A stretch of 64,000 bases of DNA, taken from contig JBALVL010000012.1 in the NCBI GenBank assembly GCA_036961355.1, forward strand, positions 5,954 through 69,953, written 5' to 3'. A program made the position numbers and the translations under genes. Under the pieces are notes generated by a model, which saw only the letters and a list, made by a program, of their open reading frames with translations, did not search any database and had not been told where the DNA came from. Positions 1 through 9,980 of this stretch are shown piece by piece; the stretch's first letter is position 1, and every line of letters starts with the position of its first letter. The stretch comes from Motiliproteus sp. (GTDB taxonomy: Bacteria; Pseudomonadota; Gammaproteobacteria; Pseudomonadales; Balneatricaceae).

Positions 1-258
1 CCTGATATTGTTGTTTGGCCATCAACCGATCATCGGTATCGCGCCACCGTTATTGTATTAACAATATGCTGCCTGGCCCTGGGTCCAAGTGCTTCTGCAC
101 CCGCCTGTAACTTGCGGGAGGGGGAGCAAACTCTTTTATCTAAACGGCCATCGGCAAGCTTGCTATTATCAAACTCTTCAGTAGTCTCTATCCGGCTACC
201 TCGGTAGTCTTGATCCGCTGATTGCGGTTGGTATCGTCAAACGGAGTCAGGCTTGGTA

Positions 259-1005
259 GTGAAATACATCCTATTTTTATTTTTGTTTTTGTCAAAACCG
301 TTATGAGCTGAAGAAATTGTTCTCGCCGCGGACCCTTGGTGTCCCTATAACTGTGTCCCCGATTCAAACCATCCCGGTTACTTCGTCGAGCTGGCAACCT
401 TAGCGTTTGAGCAGCATGGTCATACGGTTAAGTATGTCAATATGCCGTGGAGCCGAGCCATTCGAATGGCTAGGAAAGGAGTGATTGACGGTATCATCGG
501 TACTGGCAGGGAGGAGACGCCCGATTTTATCTACCCTCAATATTCCCATATAGATGTAAAACACAGCTTTTATACCCTCAAACAAAGCGAGTGGCACTAC
601 GGCAGTGTCGCTTCTCTGGGCTCCGTCAGGTTGGGGGTTCTAAATGACTATTCCTATGGCGATTTTCTGGAGGAATACCTTCAGGTTAATGAAAATAACA
701 TTGACCGGCTCATTGTTGTTTATAACGATGAGGGGCTGCCTCAACTGGTACGGTTGTTAAAAGCGGGGCGTATCGATGCCTTCATCGAAGAACGCGGTGT
801 GGTTAATGACTACGTGCGTAACCGGCCTGAGGATGATTTTCTTAAATTCGCGGGAGTGGGTTCTCCGGAGCAAGTCTCGATCGCGTTCTCGCCCGTCAAG
901 CCAACCTCTCAAAAGTATGCTCAGCTATTGAGCGATGCTTTTGTGGCCATTGAGGGTACCGAGTTGCACCTGAAGTTATTACAAAAATATCAGTTAGTGG
1001 ATTAA
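259..1005 (+). pseudogene. Family-3 (PBP2-type, amino-acid-ABC-like) periplasmic solute-binding protein, interrupted by an in-frame TGA in the signal peptide
   Basis: Listed ORF 442..1005 stays open upstream in the same frame back to codon 307 (AEEIVLAADPWCPYNCVPDSNHPGYFVELATLAFEQHGHTVKYVN-MPWSRAI...), which looks like a mature SBP N-terminus. Directly upstream in the same frame, GTG259 encodes a signal-peptide-like VKYILFLFLFLSKPL that ends at TGA 304-306. Confidence 0.55.
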
Positions 1006-1112
1006 CTTAAAGACTGCAGCTACCCCCTACACTGCGGAGATCATACACAGGCGTTGCCGGCCTTGTTGTTGGTGCCTTCAGCACCCCCCCCACTCCCCAA
1101 AAAAAGTGGCTG

Positions 1113-1862
1113 TTAGGCGGTATTTCCGCCGTCAATAGGAATGGCGGTACCGGTAATTTGTGCGGCGCTATCCGATGCGAGGTAAACGCACAATGCGGCA
1201 ACTTCATCGGGGAGGGTTATTCGTCCGGTGGGGCTGTCCGCGTGATTTTCCTGCATCGCAACTCGGTAATCGATACCGCGTTGTTCGGCCTCGGTCTGCA
1301 ACATCGGTGTGTCAACGTCGCCGGGGCAGATGGCGTTGATGCGGATCTTCTCTTTGGCATGGTCGAGTGCCATCGCTTTGGTCAGAAGAACCAACCCACC
1401 TTTGCTGGCGCAATAGGCTGCAGCGAGTTGACCGCCTTGCAGGCCCCAATCCGAGGCGATGTTTAATATCGTTCCCCCGCGTTGTTTCATATGGGGAATG
1501 GCCGCCCTAGAGGTGAAGAATGGCGCGTTTAAATTGACGGCCATCGTTTCCTGCCATTGATGATCGGTGGTTTCTTCTGCGGTGGCGCGATGTATGACGC
1601 CCGCGCAGTTGATCAACGTGTCCAGTCGGCCATAGTGAGCGATGGTGAACTCGATGAGTTCATTGCAGGCGGAGCTCAGGCAAAGGTCACCGGTCCAGGT
1701 GATCGAGTCCGTCAGTGTATCCGCAACCTGTTGAAGACGAGGCTGATCACGACCCGCCACCACAACACGGTATCCTTGCTGGCTAAACTTGACGGCTGTT
1801 GCGGCACCGATACCGGAGCTTGCTCCTGTGATGATGACGACTTTTTTTATGGCCTGGTTCAT
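1113..1862 (-). CDS. SDR-family (short-chain dehydrogenase/reductase) oxidoreductase
   Basis: TGASSGIG cofactor motif and YCASKGG (YxxxK) catalytic motif. Start placed at internal Met MNQAIKKVVIITG (ATG ending at 1862), preceded by TAAGGAATCAAGGT as an RBS. The longer ORF start at 1931 is less likely. Confidence 0.85.
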   Translation of the reverse strand: MNQAIKKVVIITGASSGIGAATAVKFSQQGYRVVVAGRDQPRLQQVADTLTDSITWTGDLCLSSACNELIEFTIAHYGRLDTLINCAGVIHRATAEETTDHQWQETMAVNLNAPFFTSRAAIPHMKQRGGTILNIASDWGLQGGQLAAAYCASKGGLVLLTKAMALDHAKEKIRINAICPGDVDTPMLQTEAEQRGIDYRVAMQENHADSPTGRITLPDEVAALCVYLASDSAAQITGTAIPIDGGNTA

Positions 1863-1956
1863 ACCTTGATTCCTTAGCTGCTGCGATCTGTGGATCGGCC
1901 GCCTAACGGGTAATTCGTTGTTGTTTGTCACCTGCGTGATTTAGGTTGTTTCCTGC

Positions 1957-3681
1957 TTAACGATACAGCGGTGGCAGCACGGTCGGTTCGCGTGAGGTTG
2001 TTGGCTGCTGCTGGCGACATTCACCCACAACCTGCAGCAGTTGGCCGCCATCGAAATCAGAGCGTTTTTGGTCGCCGTATAACGCCAAATCAAGTCGTCT
2101 TGTTTGCTCGGCTAAGGGTGCGTTATCGAGCATTGATGGCTCGGCGTATTGATACCAGCCGGTCAGTGCGTTTCGAATACGTTGCCAGTCTCCCTGACGA
2201 CATGCCGTTTCAAGCTGCTGATACGCTTGGCGCTCGTTATCGGTTGTTGTCTGATCTGCATCGCGGGTGGCTGGCTTTGGTTGATTCTGTGGGGCCCGGG
2301 GAGTGCGGGCTCGGGCTCGCAGCCACAGCGCTGCGAGTAAGGCACAAAGCAGTGCCCAGGCTATGTTGGTTAAAAGCAGTTTGTTGGCGCTTGCATCGGA
2401 CCGATCTGGCTCAGCTATGGCGTTGGCGTCGGTCGCGACTGGGATGGGGGGCGGTGATGCTGAACTGTCCGTTGCAGAACCTTGCGCTGAATCGATGCCG
2501 TTGTCTGCAGCAAGTATCTCAATGGTCTGCTCTGCGATGCGTGCGATTTGAGGGCGGTCATTAACGGTATCCCACCAGCGGATTTCGATCGCGGGCAGGG
2601 TGATCGTTCCCGCTCGTGTCGGCACGAGAACGTAGCTTTCGACCTGGCTGGCGAAGAGCCCAACGGCACTTTTTTTCTGATCGAGCTTAGCGGGCTCCGG
2701 GTAGTGCTTAACACCCGACTGGGATGCAAACTTCAATTCGGGTAATCGGTTTGCCTGCAGGCCCTGTGCGTCAATCTGTAACTGGCGGCTGATGGGGGTG
2801 CCGACCCGGTAACCGTCGTCGGGTTGGCTGAGTGTCTGTTTCAGGCTGAGGCTGCTGGCGGGTAGCCAGTTGTTGCCGTAGCCCGTCGGCTGCGTTTTTA
2901 CGTTGATTATTTGCGGCTCAGTCTTGCGCTGCAGCGGCTGGCCGCGCCGACCACCGTACTGGCTGCGGGGTTGATCTTTGAGCGCAGCCATCTGCAGGCT
3001 GGGCAGAATTAGAGAGCCCGCCTGTCGGGGGATGATGGCGTAGTTTAATTGGTAGATCTGATAACGGCGGCCGTTCTGCACCTTTTGAAATTGTTGTTCG
3101 CCGAGCGGGATCAGATCGGCGTTTTCCAGCGATAAACGTTCAAGTTCCAGGTTGGTTAAGCCAACCGCTGTCTGCAGCTGTAGTGAGACGAGGATCTGCT
3201 GGCCGACGTAGACATCGTGACTGTTGACGGTCAGTTGTAACGTCACCTCTTCGCTGGCTAGTGGTTCTTCCTCTGACGGCCGCGACGATGGTTGCGCCGC
3301 TGTCACAGTCAGCAGCAACGGTTGGCTACGGGCACCGTTAAAGCTAAAGGAGGGGATGATAATCTCACCGGAAACGAGGGGTTCTAGCTGCAGATTCCAT
3401 TCGGTAGAGGCTTCGGCGTTGCCATTGATGGCGCGAACCTGAGTGCTCTTACTGCGGTTGAGGATCTGAAACTTTTCCGTCAGGGCGGTTAGGTCGGGCT
3501 GACCGGTGGCGGACCGCGAATCGATCCGTAACGTCAGGGTCAGGGTTTCATCGATTGAGACGGTGCTGCGGTCGATGCTGGCCGTGAAGGTTGCGGCATG
3601 GCTAAGATTGCTCCCGAGTGCCGTCCACAGCAACAGAAGGGCGGTAAGCAGGTTCATGTTGGATGCTTTGATCATCACCAT
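1957..3681 (-). CDS. BatD-family protein (last gene of the Bat/MoxR operon)
   Basis: 574-aa ORF with an N-terminal signal peptide (NLLTALLLLWTALGSNLSHA) and a C-terminal TM segment (LLLTNIAWALLCALLAALW). It sits after the VWA-TPR gene and overlaps its stop. Alternative starts at 3675 and 3657. Confidence 0.7.
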   Translation of the reverse strand: MVMIKASNMNLLTALLLLWTALGSNLSHAATFTASIDRSTVSIDETLTLTLRIDSRSATGQPDLTALTEKFQILNRSKSTQVRAINGNAEASTEWNLQLEPLVSGEIIIPSFSFNGARSQPLLLTVTAAQPSSRPSEEEPLASEEVTLQLTVNSHDVYVGQQILVSLQLQTAVGLTNLELERLSLENADLIPLGEQQFQKVQNGRRYQIYQLNYAIIPRQAGSLILPSLQMAALKDQPRSQYGGRRGQPLQRKTEPQIINVKTQPTGYGNNWLPASSLSLKQTLSQPDDGYRVGTPISRQLQIDAQGLQANRLPELKFASQSGVKHYPEPAKLDQKKSAVGLFASQVESYVLVPTRAGTITLPAIEIRWWDTVNDRPQIARIAEQTIEILAADNGIDSAQGSATDSSASPPPIPVATDANAIAEPDRSDASANKLLLTNIAWALLCALLAALWLRARARTPRAPQNQPKPATRDADQTTTDNERQAYQQLETACRQGDWQRIRNALTGWYQYAEPSMLDNAPLAEQTRRLDLALYGDQKRSDFDGGQLLQVVGECRQQQPTTSREPTVLPPLYR

Positions 3682-5531
3682 CGTGTCTCTTCCGGGGGTT
3701 GCCAGCGGCCTTGGCGATAGGCTTCGAGCTTCTGTTGGTATTGGTATTGGAACTTGCGTCGTAGCAATCCGCCGGGATCGTCGGGCAGCTGCCTGAGCCA
3801 GCGTTCCAATTCGGCGTCTTTTTCTGGGTCGGTAGCCGATGCTTGAGCGGCAGCGTCGGACGGCTCTGTCGATTGTTGTTCGTTTTCGTTTTGCTGCGCT
3901 GTTTTATCGGCCTGGGCTTGGGACTGTTCTTCCGCGTCGTTGCTGGCAGCCGGGTCAGACGGGTTTGAATTTGAACTGTCTGAATCTGAACCCTGGTCGG
4001 AAGGTTGGTTGCTGTTTTGCTCTTGACCCTCTTGCGGGTCGTTTTGTTGGTCGGGGTTATTCTCTGATGACTCCCCCGACTCGGACCCCGCTTGCTGATC
4101 GCTGTCAGCGCCGTCTCCAGACTGTTTGTCGTTGTTATCTTGTTTGTTTTGTTGCGCTAACAAACGCTCGACCAGTTGTTGGTTAAATCGGGCATCGTCG
4201 AGCGTTGGATCGATTTTCAGCGCCTGTTGGTAGGATTCAATCGCCTGCTCCAGTTCGCCTGTCTGGGCCAGAGCGTTGCCGCGGTTATACGCCGACCGGC
4301 CATCGTTTTGACTCTTTAGCTGCTCGGCAGCCTGATCGTATTGTTCGTCTCGGTACAGTGAGGCAGCCCGCCATTGGCTGTCGGTAAACTGTTCGGCGGC
4401 CTGCTGGTAGTCGCCTTGTTGTAGCTGTTGCTGGGCTTGCTGGTTATCGGTTTGCCACAGGTCACCCCACTGCCAGGCAAGCGCAGGTTCAGAATAGAGC
4501 GGCGGTAATAACAGCAGGCAATACAGCCAACCACGACGGTGGCTGACAGCAGCGAGGGGCAGCAGTAGCAGCACCAGCCAGGGGCCGAACTCCTGCCACA
4601 GATCGAAACGCTGCTGCAGCGCCTTAAAATTATTGAGATCGAGTTCCGAGACCGACGGTTGAAGCTGTTCAATAACGGCTGCGCTGTCGCTGTCATCGGC
4701 GCTGAGGGTTCGGTAGATGCCACCGCTCGCGGTGGCTAGCCTTTGCAACGGTTGGGGCTGCAGACGTGCCAGTTGAAGCTCCCCAGCGCTATTACGGACA
4801 AAGCTGCCATCGCTGAGTGGAATAGGGGCACCTTGAACCGTACCGACGCCGATGATCGACAGGGTGTAATGGCTATCGCGCAGAAGTCGCCCGATCGTGT
4901 CGCCAGCCGCTGCCGTGATGCCATCGGTGATCAACACCAGCTTGCCACGTTGCTGGCCGGCGTCCTGGAGCATCGTCAACGCCAGTTTGACGGCATCTTC
5001 GCTCTGGCTACCACGTAACGGCATGATCTCCGGTGACAGTGACGGCACCAACGACAGCAGGGTTTGCCGGTCGTCGCTGAGCGGCGCCAGCAGATGGGCA
5101 TCACCGGCGTAAACCACCAAACCGGTCAGTCCGGACTGACGGCTATTGATCAGGTCGATCAGTCGGTGGCGTGCGTGGGTTAGTCGATTGGGTGTCAGAT
5201 CTTGCGCCATCATCGACGGTGACAAGTCTAAAATCAGCACCACCGCATCCTGCGAGCTGTATACCGGTTGTGGTAACTTCTGCCAGGTCGGGCCGGACAT
5301 GGCCACAATGGCGATCAACCAAGCGAGTAGCAGCATCAACAGCGGCCAGCGTTTGTGCACACCGGTCTGGCCTTCGAGCAGGTGTTGCAGCAGCTCGGGC
5401 CTGATCAGACGCTGCCATTGTCCGCTGTTGCTGCTGTAGCGCCACAGCAATAGAGTCAGCAGCAGGCTGATGGGCAGCAGCAATAACCAATAGGGGCGCA
5501 GTAACTGAAAGTTATTGATCGCGTCGATCAT
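3675..5531 (-). CDS. VWA-domain protein with C-terminal TPR and an acidic low-complexity tail (BatB/BatC-like)
   Basis: N-terminal TM helices, VWA MIDAS-type DLSPSM motif, TPR-like region (AYNRGNALAQTGELEQAIESYQQALKIDP), long D/S/Q/N-rich tail. Start chosen at MIDAINNF, where its ATG overlaps the upstream stop as ATGA (5528-5531). Confidence 0.8.
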   Translation of the reverse strand: MIDAINNFQLLRPYWLLLLPISLLLTLLLWRYSSNSGQWQRLIRPELLQHLLEGQTGVHKRWPLLMLLLAWLIAIVAMSGPTWQKLPQPVYSSQDAVVLILDLSPSMMAQDLTPNRLTHARHRLIDLINSRQSGLTGLVVYAGDAHLLAPLSDDRQTLLSLVPSLSPEIMPLRGSQSEDAVKLALTMLQDAGQQRGKLVLITDGITAAAGDTIGRLLRDSHYTLSIIGVGTVQGAPIPLSDGSFVRNSAGELQLARLQPQPLQRLATASGGIYRTLSADDSDSAAVIEQLQPSVSELDLNNFKALQQRFDLWQEFGPWLVLLLLPLAAVSHRRGWLYCLLLLPPLYSEPALAWQWGDLWQTDNQQAQQQLQQGDYQQAAEQFTDSQWRAASLYRDEQYDQAAEQLKSQNDGRSAYNRGNALAQTGELEQAIESYQQALKIDPTLDDARFNQQLVERLLAQQNKQDNNDKQSGDGADSDQQAGSESGESSENNPDQQNDPQEGQEQNSNQPSDQGSDSDSSNSNPSDPAASNDAEEQSQAQADKTAQQNENEQQSTEPSDAAAQASATDPEKDAELERWLRQLPDDPGGLLRRKFQYQYQQKLEAYRQGRWQPPEETRW

Positions 5532-6583
5532 CGCGGTCTCCGCCATGGCTGAGCACCGCGTAACAGCTTCACGACTGCCAGGGCTAGCGATAGCAGTAAC
5601 GCCAGACTCAGTGGCCAGTGGAACAGGGTTTGTTGTGGCTGGATCATCTGTTCCGATTGTTGGCTGGGTTCCAGTTGGTCCAGTAGCTGGTAGATCTGCT
5701 GCAACTGGTCGATATTCCGGGCCCGAAAATATCGACCGCCGGTAGACGAGGCGATCTCGGTCAGGGTGGCTTCATCAAGGTCGGCCGACGGGTTGACCGT
5801 GCGGCGACCAAACAGGCTGCGGACCTGCATCTCATCGGCACCAAATCCCAGCGTGTAGATTTTAATTCCTTGCTCTGCCGCTTTGGCGGCAGCTTCCAAG
5901 GGGGTTACCTGACCCTCGGTATTGGCACCGTCGGTTAGCAGAATCAGCACGCGCTGCTCGTTCTGCGCTTCAACCTGAGTGGTATCGGCTACTGGCGGCG
6001 CTGTTGCTGCTGACTGCTCGGCGCGTAGCCGTTTAACCGCCAGTCCAATAGCATCACCGATGGCGGTTTTGTCGCCAGCAAAGCCGATCTGGGCCTCTTG
6101 CAACTGTTGATTGAGGCTGCTGTGGTCGAAGGTCAGCGGGGTCTGCATATAGGCGTTGGAACCGAACAGTATCAACCCCAAACGATCCCCCGATCGACGT
6201 TCGATAAACGGTTGCAGCACCGCTTTCACGGCGACCAGACGGTTGACCGGATCGCTCTCTAGCTGCATATCTTCTGCTTTCATACTGCCCGAGATATCGA
6301 CGGCAAGCATCAGATTACGACCCGATTGCGCCAGCGGCTGCGGTTCGCCTAACCATAACGGGCGGGCTGCCGCGATCAGCAGTAATAGCCAGATTAACCA
6401 CAGTAATGAACCGTTGAGCGGTCTGCCCCGCACCTCAGACGCGGAGGTTGTTTGCCGATTGAGTTGGTCGTAAAAGGGCACCTGCAGAGCGGCTTGCTGT
6501 TGCTCAAAAGGCTTGCTAAAGCGCCTGATCAACCAAGGGAGCGGGAGTAACAGCAGTAGCCAGGGCCAGGCGAGTGTTAACAC
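5528..6583 (-). CDS. VWA-domain protein (BatA-like)
   Basis: N-terminal TM segment, DISGSM MIDAS motif, LLTDGANT, C-terminal TM segment. GTG start overlaps the upstream gene's stop. Confidence 0.8.
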   Translation of the reverse strand: MLTLAWPWLLLLLPLPWLIRRFSKPFEQQQAALQVPFYDQLNRQTTSASEVRGRPLNGSLLWLIWLLLLIAAARPLWLGEPQPLAQSGRNLMLAVDISGSMKAEDMQLESDPVNRLVAVKAVLQPFIERRSGDRLGLILFGSNAYMQTPLTFDHSSLNQQLQEAQIGFAGDKTAIGDAIGLAVKRLRAEQSAATAPPVADTTQVEAQNEQRVLILLTDGANTEGQVTPLEAAAKAAEQGIKIYTLGFGADEMQVRSLFGRRTVNPSADLDEATLTEIASSTGGRYFRARNIDQLQQIYQLLDQLEPSQQSEQMIQPQQTLFHWPLSLALLLSLALAVVKLLRGAQPWRRPR

Positions 6584-7350
6584 ACCTCCTCCTCCTGCTG
6601 CTGTTTGATTATGCTGCCGGGGCGCTGATACCGGCTGTTATCTTGTGTCGATGACGGGCCAGGCGTTGCAACCGTTTTGGCTGTCGATTTAGGCTGGATT
6701 TTGGGTTTTAGTCTTGAGCGGCGATGTCGCTTGATCCACTGTTTTACCAGTTGCTGCAATTGAACAAGCTCGTCACCGCAGATATCGCTGCCCGGTTGAT
6801 AAAGGCTGGTGGCCAACCGCTGGCCGAGCGGTTCATTGAAGGCTTCTATGCGGCTGCTAGCGTAGAGAAAATCGAGCCAAGACTGACCGCTTAACGCCGC
6901 CAGCGCTTGTGCCTGGTCGTGACTATTTTCGTAGTGAGTCGGGGCAAAACCCTGCAAGGCGGTGCGTTTGAGTATCTGGTTGAGTTGCTGGGTGGCTGGA
7001 AGGTTCGAAGGTTGCTTCGATGCTTTGGTTAGAGAGGTTTCAGCGGCCTGGTCGGCGGCCAGCTGGCCGAGCTCGCGCAGCGCCAGGCGACGGTAACGGT
7101 TTCGCAAACGGTGACGCCTTAGCGTGATCCCCAGCCATACCATGGCCCCGCTGATGATCAACCCCAGTAGCCACCAGCCCGGAGCCGGTGGCCAAATTCC
7201 GATGGGGTCGGGCAGTTGTATATCGCGCAGTTGATCCAGTGACGCGGCTCCGGGGGCATCTCCTGCCACAGGGCTAACGGGGGGCGTCGTACCCGCCGAT
7301 ATCGTTGATGGCGGGGTCGTGTTAACGGCAGTTTCAACGGCGCTTTTCAT
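6577..7350 (-). CDS. DUF4381-like membrane protein
   Basis: Motif LPDPIGIWPPAPGWWLLGLII followed by RRHRLRNRYRR, in the position between DUF58 and VWA genes. Start at MKSAVETAV (ATG 7348-7350) with a GGAGA RBS, immediately after the DUF58 stop. Confidence 0.65.
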   Translation of the reverse strand: MKSAVETAVNTTPPSTISAGTTPPVSPVAGDAPGAASLDQLRDIQLPDPIGIWPPAPGWWLLGLIISGAMVWLGITLRRHRLRNRYRRLALRELGQLAADQAAETSLTKASKQPSNLPATQQLNQILKRTALQGFAPTHYENSHDQAQALAALSGQSWLDFLYASSRIEAFNEPLGQRLATSLYQPGSDICGDELVQLQQLVKQWIKRHRRSRLKPKIQPKSTAKTVATPGPSSTQDNSRYQRPGSIIKQQQEEEVC

Positions 7351-7351
7351 G

Positions 7352-8281
7352 TTATCTCCGCTTGCCGTACAGGCGGGCAAGCAGCGGTTGCAGCGGCTGC
7401 CCGGTACTCAGGCTGACCAGCGACATATTGAATTGGCCACAATGGATCTTCAACTGTTCTAACCGTTGCTCGATCAGGTCTTGCTGGTTATCTGAACCGG
7501 TCAGAAAGTGCCGTTGCTGACCATCGGTGACCCAGAGTTGTTGGGTGCGGGGGAGCTGCTGTTCCAGCGGGTCGTGCAGCATAAACAAGGTTAGGTCGGC
7601 ATGTCGGCTGAGCTGGTACAGCAGTTTGACCGAGCGCGAATCGAGATCATGAAAATCGCTGGCGATATACAGACCGCTGCCGGGGCGGCAGATCGGCAGC
7701 AGTTTCTCCAGCATTTTGTACAGCGGTTGGGATGGTTGCGTCGGGCAGGGACTGTCGAGTTCGGCAGCGAACTGATGGAGTAATTGAACCCAGTTCAACG
7801 CCGCGTGTTTGCTGCGTTTGGGACGAATCTCCCGGTGTTGTTGATCACCAAAAACCAGCCCGCCCACCCGGTCACGGTTGGCCAGCGCGATCCACCCCAA
7901 TGCGCTCATCAGACTGCTGCATAACACCGATTTGAAACAGTGCTGCGAGCCAAAAAACATCGACGAGCGCAGGTCGGCTGCCAGTAACACCGGGCGTTCC
8001 TGCTCTTCGTGATAGACCTTGGTATGCGGCTGCTGGCTGCGGGCAGTGACCCGCCAGTCGATCGAGCGGATATCATCACCGGCCTGGTAGGGTCTCACCT
8101 CATCAAAGTCGATACCCCGGCCGCGTCGGCGGGTCTGCCACTCGCCACTTAAAGCGGCGCTGCGGCGTGAACGCCGGACCAGTTTTAGATCGGCACAGCG
8201 GCGATGCCAGCCGATTAGCTGGTCGAGTTCGGGGTAGGCGCCTTGCAGTGGCAATTCGGTAGCGTCTGGTTGAGCGATCAT
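7352..8281 (-). CDS. DUF58-domain protein (MoxR-associated, VWA-like)
   Basis: 309 aa with RRRGRGIDFDEVRPYQAGDDIRSIDWRVTAR, the signature region of DUF58 proteins that follow MoxR ATPases. Confidence 0.8.
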   Translation of the reverse strand: MIAQPDATELPLQGAYPELDQLIGWHRRCADLKLVRRSRRSAALSGEWQTRRRGRGIDFDEVRPYQAGDDIRSIDWRVTARSQQPHTKVYHEEQERPVLLAADLRSSMFFGSQHCFKSVLCSSLMSALGWIALANRDRVGGLVFGDQQHREIRPKRSKHAALNWVQLLHQFAAELDSPCPTQPSQPLYKMLEKLLPICRPGSGLYIASDFHDLDSRSVKLLYQLSRHADLTLFMLHDPLEQQLPRTQQLWVTDGQQRHFLTGSDNQQDLIEQRLEQLKIHCGQFNMSLVSLSTGQPLQPLLARLYGKRR

Positions 8282-8322
8282 TGGGGCACGGTTCTATAGA
8301 TTCTAAACATGATGTCGGGCGC

Positions 8323-9285
8323 TCAGGCTACCGGCACCTGTTGCAGCAGTGTCTCGATCACCGTCTCGACATCGAGGCCATTCGCTTCTGCTTCAAAACT
8401 GAGCAGTAAACGGTGGCGTAACACATCGGCGCAGATCTGCCGGACATCATCGGGCGTGACGTAGTCCCGACCTTGCAACCAGGCATGAGCTTTGGCGCAG
8501 CGGCAAAGTGCGATAGTGGCACGCGGGCTGGCGCCGTATTCGATCCAGTTATCGAGTTCAGCAGAATAAAGACCGGGATCGCGACTGGCGATCACCAACT
8601 CCACGATATATTGCTCCACCGGCTCGGATAAGTAGACCTCCAGCACTTGCTGACGTGCTTGCATCAGTGCCTGTTGCGGCAGTTTTTGTGGCGGTTGTGC
8701 CGCCGTGGTATTAGCCGCTTCGTCGAGTGCCAAGCGCAGGATGGCACGCTCAGCGTCCCGGTCGGGATAACCAACATTTACTTGCATCAAAAAGCGATCA
8801 AGCTGCGCTTCGGGCAGCGGGTAGGTGCCCTCCTGTTCGATCGGGTTCTGAGTCGCCATCACCAAAAACAGCTCGGGCAGCGGGTAGCTGTTGCTGCCGA
8901 TGCTGACCTGGCCTTCGGCCATCGCTTCAAGCAGCGCCGACTGAACCTTGGCCGGTGCGCGGTTGATCTCATCGGCCAACACCAAATTATGGAAAATGGG
9001 GCCGGGCTGAAAGGTAAATGTGCCGTCTTCGGGACGGTAGATATCGCTGCCGGTGACGTCGGCGGGTAACAGGTCGGGGGTGAATTGAATGCGGTGGAAA
9101 TCCCCCTCGATGCCCTGCGATAATGCTTTGATGGCGCGGGTTTTAGCCAGCCCCGGCGCGCCTTCTACCAGCAGGTGGCCGTCGGCCAGCAGTGCGATCA
9201 GTAGGCGTTCGACCAAAACTTTCTGGCCGATGATTTGGGATTCAAGCCACTGTTGCAGGCTCTGTAGTTGAGTCAGTGTGCTCAT
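8323..9285 (-). CDS. moxR: MoxR-family AAA+ ATPase
   Basis: Walker A GAPGLAKT, Walker B LVLADEINRA, length 320 aa, first gene of the DUF58/VWA operon. Confidence 0.9.
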   Translation of the reverse strand: MSTLTQLQSLQQWLESQIIGQKVLVERLLIALLADGHLLVEGAPGLAKTRAIKALSQGIEGDFHRIQFTPDLLPADVTGSDIYRPEDGTFTFQPGPIFHNLVLADEINRAPAKVQSALLEAMAEGQVSIGSNSYPLPELFLVMATQNPIEQEGTYPLPEAQLDRFLMQVNVGYPDRDAERAILRLALDEAANTTAAQPPQKLPQQALMQARQQVLEVYLSEPVEQYIVELVIASRDPGLYSAELDNWIEYGASPRATIALCRCAKAHAWLQGRDYVTPDDVRQICADVLRHRLLLSFEAEANGLDVETVIETLLQQVPVA

Positions 9286-9980
9286 CGCTTTGTTACAAGC
9301 TCCATGGCTATCGTAGGTTTCAGGCTGGTTGTTTAGTTCGGATTGTTGTTTTGATTCAGGTTCTTGCGGTTGTGGTTATGACCGCTCTTTTGGCAATTGG
9401 TTGCGATGCCGTATGGTGAAGCAGTGTGCTGAAAAAACAAGCACATCGAGGCAGTATTTTTCAATCGGCTAGATCGTAGAGCCCGCTTAGAGATGATCCT
9501 TGGTTAAACGGGTATTTGTTGGCTGATCGACTGCTAGACTGGTTTGCAATATAGGGTTGGCATGAGAGCAGTCGCGTAAATGCGGTATCGACCGATATAG
9601 TTAAGGTTTGGCTCGGTAAGTGCGGCCTGTGCAGAGGTGCTTAAAGTAGCAGATCTACCAACGGATATTACAACGTACTGATCTGACGGATGCGGTGGAT
9701 GGAACTCATCTTGCCGCGCTGAGTGGTGAAGCGGACAGAAGGGTATCGTTCTGGTGGAGTCTACGCCGATGATTCGACATAGCTGTCGAACCCTAACCAA
9801 GAACTGATCCGTAAGCTGGAAACAGCGACCCAGATGCGAGAGCAACAGCATCGATGAAACCGGTGCTTCTGCGAATGTATAAACAATCGGATTGATGACG
9901 GTTGTCAGCAAGTTCACCCAGATGACTTCGTTTCTAATAACTCACAGGCTATTTTACCTGTTCATCTGAATGCTAAGTAG

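Noticed and set aside
1-22. Reverse complement reads ATGGCCAAACAACAATATCAGG, possibly the first codons of a minus-strand gene leaving the window.
   Set aside because: Only seven codons are visible, which is not enough to support a feature.
1069-1112. GGTGC-cttca-GCACC hairpin and neighbouring A/T runs between the convergent SBP and SDR genes, as a possible terminator.
   Set aside because: The stem is only 5 bp and the U-tract is not correctly placed on either strand. Too weak to call.
9534-9917. 127-aa minus-strand ORF in the long moxR-upstream spacer.
   Set aside because: No RBS or recognisable motif, and an odd composition. It is kept only as a comment inside a finding, not called as a gene.
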